A DNA stretch of 64,000 bases from contig JBOFFH010000144.1 of assembly GCA_051648485.1 (NCBI GenBank), forward strand, positions 2,042-66,041, read 5' to 3'. The stretch is from Fusobacteriaceae bacterium. Its GTDB lineage: Bacteria > Fusobacteriota > Fusobacteriia > Fusobacteriales > Fusobacteriaceae. Below, piece after piece: positions 19,203 to 28,879 of the stretch; positions within the stretch are counted from its first letter, which is position 1, and every line of letters begins with the position of its first letter. The position numbers were made by a program, and so were the translations under genes. The notes beneath the pieces were generated by a model, which saw only the letters and a list, made by a program, of their open reading frames with translations, did not search any database and was not told the DNA's origin.

Positions 19203-20420
19203 CTACTCACAAATCTCTTTACAAAGAATTTTAGAAGCCATAGCTTTTGCCAATTCTCTTAATTTTATATAATCAGATTCTGTTGGATTTCCTGTAGCTT
19301 CGACAGCTTCTCCTACTATTTCAATACCTGAAAGAGCATCTCCAAAAGTTTGTATTCCACGAACTCCGCCGCCACTCCAAAGTTTATTTCCAAAAATTCC
19401 TAAAAATCTATTTTTCAAACCATAATTTTGAAGTTTAGAAACGATTGGCTCCATTTTTGGATACAGTGCGTTATTGTGTGAGCAAGAACCTAGCATTAAA
19501 CCTTTATATTTCCAAACATCTGAAATTATAAAAGATGAATCAGTTTTAGAAACATCATAAACTTTAATATTGTTTATACCAAAACTTAAAAGCTCACGAG
19601 CCAAAGCTTCAGCCATTTTAGCTGTATTTCCATACATACTTCCGTAAGCAATAACTACTCCAACTTCATCAGGAATAAATTTACCCCAATTATCAAAATG
19701 CTCAATAACTTTAGATATCTCTTTTCTCCAAACAATACCATGAGAAGGACAGATATATTTTATTTCTAATGTACTCAATTTTTTTATGGCATTAACAACT
19801 TGAACTCCAAATTTTCCAACTATATTGGCATAGTAACGTCTCATCTCATCTTCATAAATGTTAAAATCGACTTCATCATCAAAAACTCCTCCATCTATAG
19901 CTTTAAAACTTCCAAAAGCATCATTTGAAAAAACAATTTTTTCTGTAAGATCGTAAGTTACCATCGATTCTGGCCAGTGAACCATAGGAATCATAGCAAA
20001 TGTAAGTTTATGATATCCTAAATCAAGTACATCTCCTTCTTTAATAAGATAAAATCTAGTTTCATCAAATTTATGAATAAAAGCTTTTATCATATCTAAA
20101 GTTTTTATATTTCCAACTATTTTCGTTTCTGGATAAAATCTCATCAAATCTGACAAAGCACCAGAATGATCAGGCTCCATGTGATTCACTATAAGATAAT
20201 CTAGTTTTCTTCCTTTTAAATTACCTTCTATCTTATCGAAAAAACTACTTTCTGAAGACATTTCAACTGTATCCACAACACAAGTTTTTTCATCATTTAT
20301 AAAATAAGAGTTATAAGTAATCCCCTCTGGTAAAGGAATATAATTTTCAAATCTCTCTGTTTTTCTATCATTTACACCAATCCACGAAACTGTATCAGTT
20401 ACATTTGTACAAAAATACAT
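19203..20420 (-). CDS. FprA-family flavodiiron protein (metallo-beta-lactamase-like plus flavodoxin domains)
   Basis: Di-iron motif NHMEPDHSG in the N-terminal MBL fold. The C-terminal flavodoxin-like domain begins VVIAYGSMYGNT. Confidence 0.85.
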   Translation of the reverse strand: MYFCTNVTDTVSWIGVNDRKTERFENYIPLPEGITYNSYFINDEKTCVVDTVEMSSESSFFDKIEGNLKGRKLDYLIVNHMEPDHSGALSDLMRFYPETKIVGNIKTLDMIKAFIHKFDETRFYLIKEGDVLDLGYHKLTFAMIPMVHWPESMVTYDLTEKIVFSNDAFGSFKAIDGGVFDDEVDFNIYEDEMRRYYANIVGKFGVQVVNAIKKLSTLEIKYICPSHGIVWRKEISKVIEHFDNWGKFIPDEVGVVIAYGSMYGNTAKMAEALARELLSFGINNIKVYDVSKTDSSFIISDVWKYKGLMLGSCSHNNALYPKMEPIVSKLQNYGLKNRFLGIFGNKLWSGGGVRGIQTFGDALSGIEIVGEAVEATGNPTESDYIKLRELAKAMASKILCKEICE

Positions 20421-20447
20421 AAATCCCTCCTAATATTCTTTAATTTT

Positions 20448-21641
20448 TTAAAACACTTTTCTTATCATATCTAATCTATCTAGATTTTCATCAAGTTTTA
20501 CTCTAACTATGCTATTAGGATTAGCAAATTCTGAAACTTCTTCTTTTCCTTTAACAATTAAGATGATCTCTGGAAGAGTTATTTCTTTAATTCCAAAAGT
20601 AGGATTTATAACCTGTAGTTTATCCCCTTTCACTATTCTATTTCTTACTTCTAAAATGTAATTATTCTCTGAAAGTTTCTCTATAACTTTAGCCACTAAC
20701 TGATGTGTTTGGCTATAAGAGTTACGATCTGAGTAATTCATTCCTTCAGGGCCTGGTACATTTTCTAAAAATCCTGTAGAATAAGATCTGTTAGAAGTAG
20801 ACTCTAACTCTGCTATCCATTGAGGATTCAATTTATAATCCCCTCTGTAATAACTATCTACTGCATCTCTATATACTTTTACAACATTTGACACATAGTA
20901 AATCCCCTTCATACGTCCTTCTATTTTTAAAGAATCTACGCCTATTTCTAAAAGTTTATCTATTATATTTATTGTGCATAAATCTTTTGAGTTAAAAATA
21001 AAAGAGCTTTTTTCAGAATTTTCATCTCCCACATTTACAGAGTAATTCCATCTGCAAGATTGAGCACAATCACCACGATTAGCATCACGAGAAGTCATAT
21101 GATTACTGAGCAAACATCTTCCTGAAACTGCCATACACATAGCACCATGAATAAAAACCTCTATTTCCATACCTGGAACATTCCTTTTTATCTCAGCTAT
21201 ATTTTCTAAAGAAACTTCTCTAGCTAAAACTATTCTTGTAGCTCCCATATCTTGCCACATTTTTACTGAACGCCAGTTAGTGTTACTAGCTTGAGTACTT
21301 ATACTTATTCTTAATTTACTATTTTCTCTCACCACTTGGAAAACACCAAGATCAGCAACTATTACTCCATCTACCCCTATTTCTTCTAAAAATTTTACAT
21401 ACTCGGGTAGCATTTTAAATTCTTCATTATGAGGAATTACATTCAGTGCTACATAAACTTTTTTGCTTAAATTGTGTCCATATTTTACTGCTTCTATTAA
21501 CTGTTCATTATTGAAATTATGGCTTCCAGCACGAAGATTAAACATATTTCCACCTAAAAACACTGCATCTGCTCCATAGTGAAAAGCCATTTCTAATTTT
21601 TCCATATTTCCTGCTGGTGCAAGAAGTTCTACTCTTTTCAT
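20448..21641 (-). CDS. Peptidase U32 family protein (long form, YrrO/TrhP-like)
   Basis: N-terminus ELLAPAGN...A...GADAVFLGG; Cys cluster region CMAVSGRCLLSNH...CAQSCRW. It pairs with the shorter U32 gene upstream. Confidence 0.85.
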   Translation of the reverse strand: MKRVELLAPAGNMEKLEMAFHYGADAVFLGGNMFNLRAGSHNFNNEQLIEAVKYGHNLSKKVYVALNVIPHNEEFKMLPEYVKFLEEIGVDGVIVADLGVFQVVRENSKLRISISTQASNTNWRSVKMWQDMGATRIVLAREVSLENIAEIKRNVPGMEIEVFIHGAMCMAVSGRCLLSNHMTSRDANRGDCAQSCRWNYSVNVGDENSEKSSFIFNSKDLCTINIIDKLLEIGVDSLKIEGRMKGIYYVSNVVKVYRDAVDSYYRGDYKLNPQWIAELESTSNRSYSTGFLENVPGPEGMNYSDRNSYSQTHQLVAKVIEKLSENNYILEVRNRIVKGDKLQVINPTFGIKEITLPEIILIVKGKEEVSEFANPNSIVRVKLDENLDRLDMIRKVF

Positions 21642-21653
21642 TTTTTTCCTCTC

Positions 21654-22547
21654 TTAATTTAAAAACCAAGTTATAAATGGAGAGTTTGTTGTAGTTTTTA
21701 ATCTTTCCATCCACTCTTCATTATATACAAAGTTACCTGTAGCATAGTTTTCTAAAACTTCTTTGTAAACTGAAACTACTGTTCTTAAATACTCTACAGA
21801 TTTCATTCCACCATCTATTTTTATAGAGTCTATTCCCAATGAAAGAATTGATTCAATAAGCTCTAAAGTACAAAGGTCTCTAGAACTAAAAATATATGTT
21901 CCATAAGTATCTTGATAAATAGGCATAGTTTCACCAGGTCTTGTTTCTTCAATCACACAAATATCTTGTCTAGTATAGTCTTTATCCAATCCCTTAGCTG
22001 TCATATAATTACTCAATAAGGGTCTACCTGAGATAGCCATATTTATAGGCCCATGAACCGAAACTTCAAGTTTTATATTGGGAACTTTAGCACGAGTTTC
22101 AGCTATTCCAGCCAAAGTTATATCTCTATCCAAAACTACTTTATCTGCACCCAAATCTTTCCACATTTTTACAGCATACCAATTTGTATTACTACTATGT
22201 GTATTTACTGTAATAGGTAAATTAGAAAATTCTTTCACACATTGAAAAACTCCCATATCTGAAAGAATCACCCCATCCACTCCTATTTTTTCTAAATATT
22301 TTATATACTCTGGAAGTTCCACTAAATCTTGATTGTGAGGAACGGCATTAAGTGTTACGTTAATTTTTTTATTCATACTGTGGACATAATCTACAGCTTG
22401 TTTTAAATCTTTATCTGAAAAATTTTCTGTTCCAGCTTTTAAATTTAAAATTCTACCACCTAGAAAAACTGTATCTGCTCCACATTCTATGGCAACTTTA
22501 AGTTTTTCGATATTTCCAGCTGGAGATGTTAATTCTATTTTTTTCAT
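21654..22547 (-). CDS. Peptidase U32 family protein (short form, YrrN-like)
   Basis: The same fold start is present (ELTSPAGN...GADTVFLGG). It lacks the full Cys cluster. It lies 12 nt upstream of its paralog. Confidence 0.8.
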   Translation of the reverse strand: MKKIELTSPAGNIEKLKVAIECGADTVFLGGRILNLKAGTENFSDKDLKQAVDYVHSMNKKINVTLNAVPHNQDLVELPEYIKYLEKIGVDGVILSDMGVFQCVKEFSNLPITVNTHSSNTNWYAVKMWKDLGADKVVLDRDITLAGIAETRAKVPNIKLEVSVHGPINMAISGRPLLSNYMTAKGLDKDYTRQDICVIEETRPGETMPIYQDTYGTYIFSSRDLCTLELIESILSLGIDSIKIDGGMKSVEYLRTVVSVYKEVLENYATGNFVYNEEWMERLKTTTNSPFITWFLN

Positions 22548-22636
22548 CTTTTTTCCTCTCTTAAAATACTATATACTCAAAAAACTTCTAAAAAATTATG
22601 CATTTAAGCTATTTTTTTTGAAGTTTTTAGTAATAA

Positions 22637-23971
22637 TTATGCCTTATCCGTATAGTCATAGAATTTTGTCAGTTCATGTCTAAATATTAATTTAACTGTT
22701 CCTACCGGACCATTTCTTTGTTTACCTATAATTACCTCTGTGATTCCTTTAAATTCACTTTCTTCATTATAGTAATCATCTCTATAAAGAAAAAGAACTA
22801 TATCAGCATCTTGTTCTATAGCTCCAGATTCACGAAGATCTGAAAGCATAGGTCTTCTGTCTGCTCTTTGCTCTGGAGCACGTGAAAGCTGCGAAAGAGC
22901 TATTACTGGAATATCTAATTCACGGGCTATTCCCTTTAATGATCTTGAAATTTCTGAAATCTCTTGTTGACGATTATCTGATCTTCCAGCTCCACTTATT
23001 AACTGAAGATAATCGATTACTATCATATCTAATTTGTTGGCTGCTTTTAGTCTTCTAGCTATAGCTCTTATTTCTAGTACATTTACACTGGGAGTATCTG
23101 CTATATTTATATTTGAACCAGCTAATTTTCCAGAAGCTAATCCTAAACGTCCCCATTCCTCATCATTCAAAAATCCACTACGAATTTTCTGAAGTGGAAC
23201 CCCTGATTCTACTGATAAAAGTCTTTGTAATAGCTGAGATGTTCCCATCTCCAAACTAAAAACAAGTACAGATTTTTTTGATTCCATAGCTGCATTCAAA
23301 GCTAAATTTAGTGCAAAGGCTGTCTTTCCCATAGCAGGACGAGCAGCCAATATAATCAAATCAGAAGAATGAAATCCGCTAGTCATTAAATCATAATTTT
23401 TGAATCCAGAAGAAATTCCAGTAGATATTCCTTTATTATCAAAAACTAATTGAAGTCTTTCAAATTCTTTTTCCATTACATCTTTTATATTTATAATATC
23501 TTTAGAAGATTTTGTTTCAGATATTTTAAAAATCAATCCTTCAGCTTTATCTAATATTGAATCTACATCCTCATAGCCTTCATAAGCCATTTCAACAATT
23601 TTAGTTCCAACATCTCCTAATTTTCTTAAAATTGCTTTTTCTTTTATTATTTCAGCATAATTCATAAGATTGGCTGCTGTAGAAGTTTCTTCTATTATTT
23701 CAAAAAGAATTTTTTCTCCTCCAACTTCGTCAAATTTATTATTTTTTTTCAGTTTTTCCATGACTAAAATAGGGTCTATTGTTTCCCCTTTTCCATAAAG
23801 TTCAATCATAGTTTCATAAATAGCTTTGTGAGCATTTCTATAAAAATAATCTGGTCTAAGTTTTTCAACCACATCCCCAAAAGAATCAGGTTTTAAAAAA
23901 ATTCCACCTAAAACTGCTTTTTCTGATTCTATGCTGCTTGGAACTTTTCTTAACTTGTCCAATTCTGACAT
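22637..23971 (-). CDS. dnaB: Replicative DNA helicase DnaB
   Basis: N-terminal PSSIESEKAVLGG, Walker A ARPAMGKTAFAL, IVIDYLQL and the Arg finger region KQRNGP. Confidence 0.95.
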   Translation of the reverse strand: MSELDKLRKVPSSIESEKAVLGGIFLKPDSFGDVVEKLRPDYFYRNAHKAIYETMIELYGKGETIDPILVMEKLKKNNKFDEVGGEKILFEIIEETSTAANLMNYAEIIKEKAILRKLGDVGTKIVEMAYEGYEDVDSILDKAEGLIFKISETKSSKDIINIKDVMEKEFERLQLVFDNKGISTGISSGFKNYDLMTSGFHSSDLIILAARPAMGKTAFALNLALNAAMESKKSVLVFSLEMGTSQLLQRLLSVESGVPLQKIRSGFLNDEEWGRLGLASGKLAGSNINIADTPSVNVLEIRAIARRLKAANKLDMIVIDYLQLISGAGRSDNRQQEISEISRSLKGIARELDIPVIALSQLSRAPEQRADRRPMLSDLRESGAIEQDADIVLFLYRDDYYNEESEFKGITEVIIGKQRNGPVGTVKLIFRHELTKFYDYTDKA

Positions 23972-23982
23972 TTTTTCTCCTC

Positions 23983-24432
23983 TTACTTACTTTCAGTTAC
24001 TACTTTTACTTCTGCTTTTACTTCTGTGTGAAGTTTTACAACTGCTATACTCTCACCTAAAGATTTTATATTACATTCAATTTTTTTTCTGTCTATCTCT
24101 ACTCCAAAAACATTTTTAATTTCAGAAGAAAGTTCTTTATTTGTTATTGCTCCAAACATTTTTCCATTTTCTCCAACTTTTACACCTATAACTATTTTTT
24201 TACTTTCTAAAAGTTTTTTAGTTTCTACAGATTTTTCTTTTTCTTCTTCTGCACGTTTTTCAGCTTTTTTCTTTTGGTTCTCTATTTTTTTCAACTCTTC
24301 TGGAGTTGCTATTATCCCTTTGTTACCTTTCAGAATAAAGTTTCTTGCATACCCCTCAGAAACATTTACTATTTCCCCTTTTCTTCCTTGACCTGCAACA
24401 TCTACTGTTAATATTACTTGTAATTTTGACAT
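23983..24432 (-). CDS. rplI: 50S ribosomal protein L9
   Basis: [33 protein letters not shown] matches the L9 N-domain. The size is 149 aa and it lies upstream of dnaB. Confidence 0.95.
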   Translation of the reverse strand: [149 protein letters not shown]

Positions 24433-24455
24433 TTTTTCTCCTTCAATTCATTTTT

Positions 24456-25256
24456 TTATTTTTTTGTTTCAAAAATTTTTATTCCACCAAAAACAAAAAT
24501 TATCATAGGTGAAATAGAAAAAGCCAGTACTACTAATACCTTTGCTAAAAAGCTACTTTTAATTTTAGGATTTAACCATATATATAGCTCTTTTATTCCA
24601 AAAAATATTACTATATTTTTGAGAATACTTAGAATATTTTCTAAATAAATACTGTCTTTTTTTATAAAATAGTTTATAAAAAATATTATAACATATAGTG
24701 CTATCCATAAATAGCTAATTTTCCATTCTTTGTAACCATCTCTGTCCTCTATCCAGAAAACTAAATAGTTTACCATATACATATAAGCAAAAGTTATTAT
24801 ATAAATATTTTTTTTAAGATACTCAAAAGCACCTTTTAAATCCTCTATTTTTACTCCTGATCTATTGGCATATATTTCTTCTAATTTTAGCATAGTAATT
24901 CCACTTTTTTCAATAAATATGTAAGAAATTATTAGCAACAAGATTCCTGTTATAAAAGAATTTATTGCTATTTTATCAAAAGTTCCTAACTTATTAGTAA
25001 TTTTTTTATTATAAATATACATTATTTCTACAACTAAAAATACAGCGTATATAAGCAGTAATGTAATTTCTAAGGTACCTATTAAAATTATGGGTACAAG
25101 ATTTCCAATGATTTTACTCATTCGTGACATCTCTTTAGCTTTATTTATTTTAAAAACTGGGATAAAAATTCCTGCTGGTGGAAAAAATAAAGCTGTAATA
25201 AATATTATCAAAGTTGTTAATCCATAGATAACACCTTTCATTATCTCTTTAATCAT
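24456..25256 (-). CDS. Polytopic membrane protein, YybS/DUF2232-like (by position and topology)
   Basis: Multi-TM protein of 266 aa located immediately upstream of rplI-dnaB, as yybS is in Firmicutes. No diagnostic motif was verified. Confidence 0.35.
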   Translation of the reverse strand: MIKEIMKGVIYGLTTLIIFITALFFPPAGIFIPVFKINKAKEMSRMSKIIGNLVPIILIGTLEITLLLIYAVFLVVEIMYIYNKKITNKLGTFDKIAINSFITGILLLIISYIFIEKSGITMLKLEEIYANRSGVKIEDLKGAFEYLKKNIYIITFAYMYMVNYLVFWIEDRDGYKEWKISYLWIALYVIIFFINYFIKKDSIYLENILSILKNIVIFFGIKELYIWLNPKIKSSFLAKVLVVLAFSISPMIIFVFGGIKIFETKK

Positions 25257-26709
25257 TTATTACCTCTCCTCCAAAAAAGTTTATAATTTGAGTAGCCAAA
25301 TCATCATTTTCATTATTTTTAACATTTTTTTTCAATTTATTTTGCAATTGTAATTCAATTTTCACTTTAATTCCTAAAATTTCTTCTAATGTTTTTAATA
25401 AAATTTCAGAATTTTCGTTTCTTTTCATTTGCTCCAAAGAAAAACTGCTTTCACTACCAAAAGTTATATATATTTTATTTTTTTCTACCTTTGTTGGAGA
25501 TGCTGAAATTAAAAATGCCATTAAAGATATTTTTTGTTTTTTTATATTTTTAATCGCCAAATCCCAAATTTTCTTTACATCTTCTAAGCTTATTTCTTTA
25601 GTTTTTATTTTTGAAGAGATTTCAGATGTTGTTTTAGGCTCAGCTTCAATCGATATTTCTTTTATTGCTTCTTTTTTTGTTAAAGTATTAACTTTTGAAT
25701 TTAAAAGTTCATCTACTATTACATATCCAACTAATCTTTTATCCTCTTCAAATTTAAATTTAGACAATACAGAATATATTGTTCCTATTATCTCTAAACC
25801 AGTTGTCAAAAATTCTTTATCTAATTTCATTTTATTTTTACATAATTTAGATAGATCTTTAAAAAATAGTTCAATATCTATAGACTCTTCCCAAAATATT
25901 TCTAATTCTTCCACTGCTAAAGTTTTGTTCTTATTTTTTAATATTTCTAAAAAGTTTTCAAGTTTTTTCTGAGGAGTTACTCCCAAAACTTTTTCTACTT
26001 TTTCTCTATCTATAGATTCTTCTAGATAATTTATTGATACTCTTTCTAAAATAGAAATAGCATCTCTTGCACTTCCACCCGAAGCTTCATAAATAATTTT
26101 TAATCCCTCTATATCTATTTTAATTTTTTCTTTTTCTGCTATAAATTCTAATCTTGTTACCAAGTCTGATTCACTTAAGGGTTTAAAATCATATCTTTGA
26201 CATCTTGATATTATTGTAGGAAGAACTTTATCTGCTTCAGTTGTAGCTAAAATAAAAAGTGCATGCTCTGGAGGCTCTTCTAAAGTTTTAAGCAAAGCAT
26301 TAAAAGCTTCTTTTGTCAGCATATGAACTTCATCTATTATATAGATTTTTCTTCTTCCTTTTGCAGGCTTATAATTTATTTTATCTTTAAGCTCTCTTAT
26401 TTCATCTATACCTCTATTTGAAGCGGCATCTATCTCTACCATATCCATAAAACTTCCATCGTTTATTCCCAAACAGTTCGAGCATCTATTACAAGGAACA
26501 TCTGTTATTCCATTGTTTAAACAGTTAACTCCTTTGGCAATAAGTCTAGCCACTGTAGTTTTTCCAACTCCTCTTGGTCCTGTAAAAAGATAGGCATGAG
26601 CAAGTCTTTCTGTTTTTAATGAACTTTTTATAGTTTTCACTATATCTTTTTCTCCAGCTATCTCTTCAAAATCATTAGGCCTGTATTTTCTATATAAAGT
26701 TATATGCAT
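25249..26709 (-). CDS. dnaX: DNA polymerase III subunit gamma/tau DnaX
   Basis: LYRKYRP, Walker A GPRGVGKTT, zinc module CNRCSNC, Walker B IIDEVHMLT and the SRC motif ISRCQRYDF. Confidence 0.95.
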   Translation of the reverse strand: MHITLYRKYRPNDFEEIAGEKDIVKTIKSSLKTERLAHAYLFTGPRGVGKTTVARLIAKGVNCLNNGITDVPCNRCSNCLGINDGSFMDMVEIDAASNRGIDEIRELKDKINYKPAKGRRKIYIIDEVHMLTKEAFNALLKTLEEPPEHALFILATTEADKVLPTIISRCQRYDFKPLSESDLVTRLEFIAEKEKIKIDIEGLKIIYEASGGSARDAISILERVSINYLEESIDREKVEKVLGVTPQKKLENFLEILKNKNKTLAVEELEIFWEESIDIELFFKDLSKLCKNKMKLDKEFLTTGLEIIGTIYSVLSKFKFEEDKRLVGYVIVDELLNSKVNTLTKKEAIKEISIEAEPKTTSEISSKIKTKEISLEDVKKIWDLAIKNIKKQKISLMAFLISASPTKVEKNKIYITFGSESSFSLEQMKRNENSEILLKTLEEILGIKVKIELQLQNKLKKNVKNNENDDLATQIINFFGGEVIND

Positions 26710-26722
26710 TTTTTCTCCTAAC

Positions 26723-28114
26723 TTATTCCAAATTATAGTTATTCATCTTAGTTCTTAAAGTATTTCTTGTTATTCCCAATATCTCAGCTGATTCTACCTT
26801 TTTTCCATTCGTAATTTCTAGCACTTGAGTTATAAGTTCTTTTTCTACTTTAGAAATAATATTTTCATAGTAATCACTTTTACCTATTTTTTTAAGTTCT
26901 GCTGTTTCACAACGAATCCAGTCTTTTAAACTTATATTTTGATCATCCGAACGATTTTTAAGTCCACCTGTTCCAAGTACATTACTTGGTAAATCTTCCA
27001 AAAGAATAGATGAATTTCTTGAAATTGCAATTGCTGCTTTTATCGAATTTTTTAATTCATTTACATTTCCAGGCCAATCATATCTTAAAATTCTTTTTAG
27101 AGCAGGTTTACTAACCCCTTTTACTTGAGTATCTAGTTCTAAGTTGCATTGATTAATATAATGATCTATTATAAATGGAATATCATCTTTTCTTTCTCTT
27201 AAAGGTGGGATATTAATTTCTAGTACACGAAGTTTAGAGTAAAGTTCTTCTATAAATTTACCTTCTAAAATTATAGATTCTAAATTTTCATTTGTAGAAG
27301 CTACTATTCTTACTATACTTTTTATAGGTTCAGCACTACCCATCGGAAAATATTCTCCATTTTGGATAAAATATAAAATTTTAGATTGTAATTCTAAATT
27401 TAGCGCTTCTATATTACCGATATGCATTGTTCCACCATTGATTTTTTTCAAATCTCCAACTTGAGCAACTATTGCACCTTTAAAAGCTCCTGTTTCATAA
27501 CCAAAAAGTTTTCTTTCTATCAAATCATTTCCCAAAGATAAACAGTTTACTGTAGAAAAAGGCTGCTCTTTATTTTCGCTAAATTCATGTATTGCAGTAG
27601 CTACACTTGTTTTTCCAGTTCCTTTTTCTCCAACTATCAAAACTGGAACCATGCTTTTAGCAACTTTTCCTATCATCTTATAAACTTCAACTATCTCTTT
27701 AGTTTGACCTATTAATTTATCACCTTTATTTTTATTTTTATCTACTCTTTCAGCTAATAATCTATGATCTTTTACTGATTTTTCAATTATTCTTATAACT
27801 TCTTTTGGTAATATTGGTTTTAAAAGGTAATCATAAGCTCCTGCTTTTAAACTTCCAGCTACTAAATTCAAATTAGAAGTTTCTCCCATTACTATTACTA
27901 TGGTTCTTTTTTGATAATCCATAATTTTTTTTATAATATTTATTAAAGCTTCTTCTTGCAAATTTTTTTCTTCTATTAAAACAGCATCGAACTTTTTATT
28001 CTTTATAGTTTCCATAAAATTTGAAATATTATCGGAAAATATTAAATCATAATCTAAACTGTTTTCTAATTCATTTTTTATACTTTCTTCAAGTCTAAAT
28101 CCTAAAAAATTCAT
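26723..28114 (-). CDS. Bacterial enhancer-binding-protein-type regulator (receiver-like, AAA+, Fis HTH) with atypical receiver and GAFKGA loop
   Basis: AAA+ Walker A GEKGTGKT, GAFKGA (27473-27490, verified codon by codon), RVLEINIPPLRERKDDI and C-terminal HTH AEILGITRNTLRTKM. The receiver acidic residues are Glu rather than Asp (RLEES, LIEEK). Confidence 0.85.
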   Translation of the reverse strand: MNFLGFRLEESIKNELENSLDYDLIFSDNISNFMETIKNKKFDAVLIEEKNLQEEALINIIKKIMDYQKRTIVIVMGETSNLNLVAGSLKAGAYDYLLKPILPKEVIRIIEKSVKDHRLLAERVDKNKNKGDKLIGQTKEIVEVYKMIGKVAKSMVPVLIVGEKGTGKTSVATAIHEFSENKEQPFSTVNCLSLGNDLIERKLFGYETGAFKGAIVAQVGDLKKINGGTMHIGNIEALNLELQSKILYFIQNGEYFPMGSAEPIKSIVRIVASTNENLESIILEGKFIEELYSKLRVLEINIPPLRERKDDIPFIIDHYINQCNLELDTQVKGVSKPALKRILRYDWPGNVNELKNSIKAAIAISRNSSILLEDLPSNVLGTGGLKNRSDDQNISLKDWIRCETAELKKIGKSDYYENIISKVEKELITQVLEITNGKKVESAEILGITRNTLRTKMNNYNLE

Positions 28115-28129
28115 TTTGCCTCCTATTTT

Positions 28130-28867
28130 TTAATTTCCTGTAAGTTTAAAGTCATACTCCAAAATGACATCTCCTTTTACAGAAATTCTATCTTTTGTCA
28201 AGTTTATCTTCCAACTTTTAGCAACTCTCTCTATAGCTAAATCTATTTCAGGGACTCCACTTCTTTTTTCTAAAATAACTCTAACAATATTTCCAGCAGC
28301 ATCTATTGTTAGTCTTAAGCTTACTCTTCCGTTTAAACCTCTATTTTGAGCACTTTGTGGATATTCAGGATCCTTATTGTTAGGATTCCATTTAGCTGTG
28401 ATATCTCCATCTACAGCTCCTAATTTATATCCTGATGGTGCTGATTCTGAACTTACATTATTGTGAGCTGATTCTACTGTTTCTTCCATATGAGTTTGAG
28501 GTGTTGGCTGTGGAATTTTAAGATTTGGTTTAGGTACTTTTATCCCTTTTTTAGAGAGAATATCTATTTTTGGTTGAGATATCGCTATGTCATTTAAATT
28601 GGGTCTTGGTGGGGTCACCACTGCAGGTGTTGATGGTTGTACCGGTGTTACTGGTTTTGGTTGTGTTACTGGTTTTGGTTTTTCCGGTGGTTTTGTTGCA
28701 GGTGGTTTTTTGGTTGAGCTACTTGTATTTTTATTATTCTCTAAAGATACAAGTCCTACCTTTATTTTCCCAACTACTTCTTTTGGACTCATTCCTGGAA
28801 TTAGAAAAAGTATCAAAAGATTCAAAATAAAGGATATGGAAAGAGCTAAACTATCTACTTTTTTCAT
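28130..28867 (-). CDS. tonB: TonB family energy transducer
   Basis: N-terminal TM, a Pro-rich spacer (KPPATKPPEKPKPVTQPKPVTPVQPSTPAVVTPPRP) and the TonB_C motif YPQSAQNRGLNGRVSLRLTIDAAGNI...SGVPEIDLAIERV. Confidence 0.8.
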   Translation of the reverse strand: MKKVDSLALSISFILNLLILFLIPGMSPKEVVGKIKVGLVSLENNKNTSSSTKKPPATKPPEKPKPVTQPKPVTPVQPSTPAVVTPPRPNLNDIAISQPKIDILSKKGIKVPKPNLKIPQPTPQTHMEETVESAHNNVSSESAPSGYKLGAVDGDITAKWNPNNKDPEYPQSAQNRGLNGRVSLRLTIDAAGNIVRVILEKRSGVPEIDLAIERVAKSWKINLTKDRISVKGDVILEYDFKLTGN

Positions 28868-28879
28868 GTTTTTTCTCCT

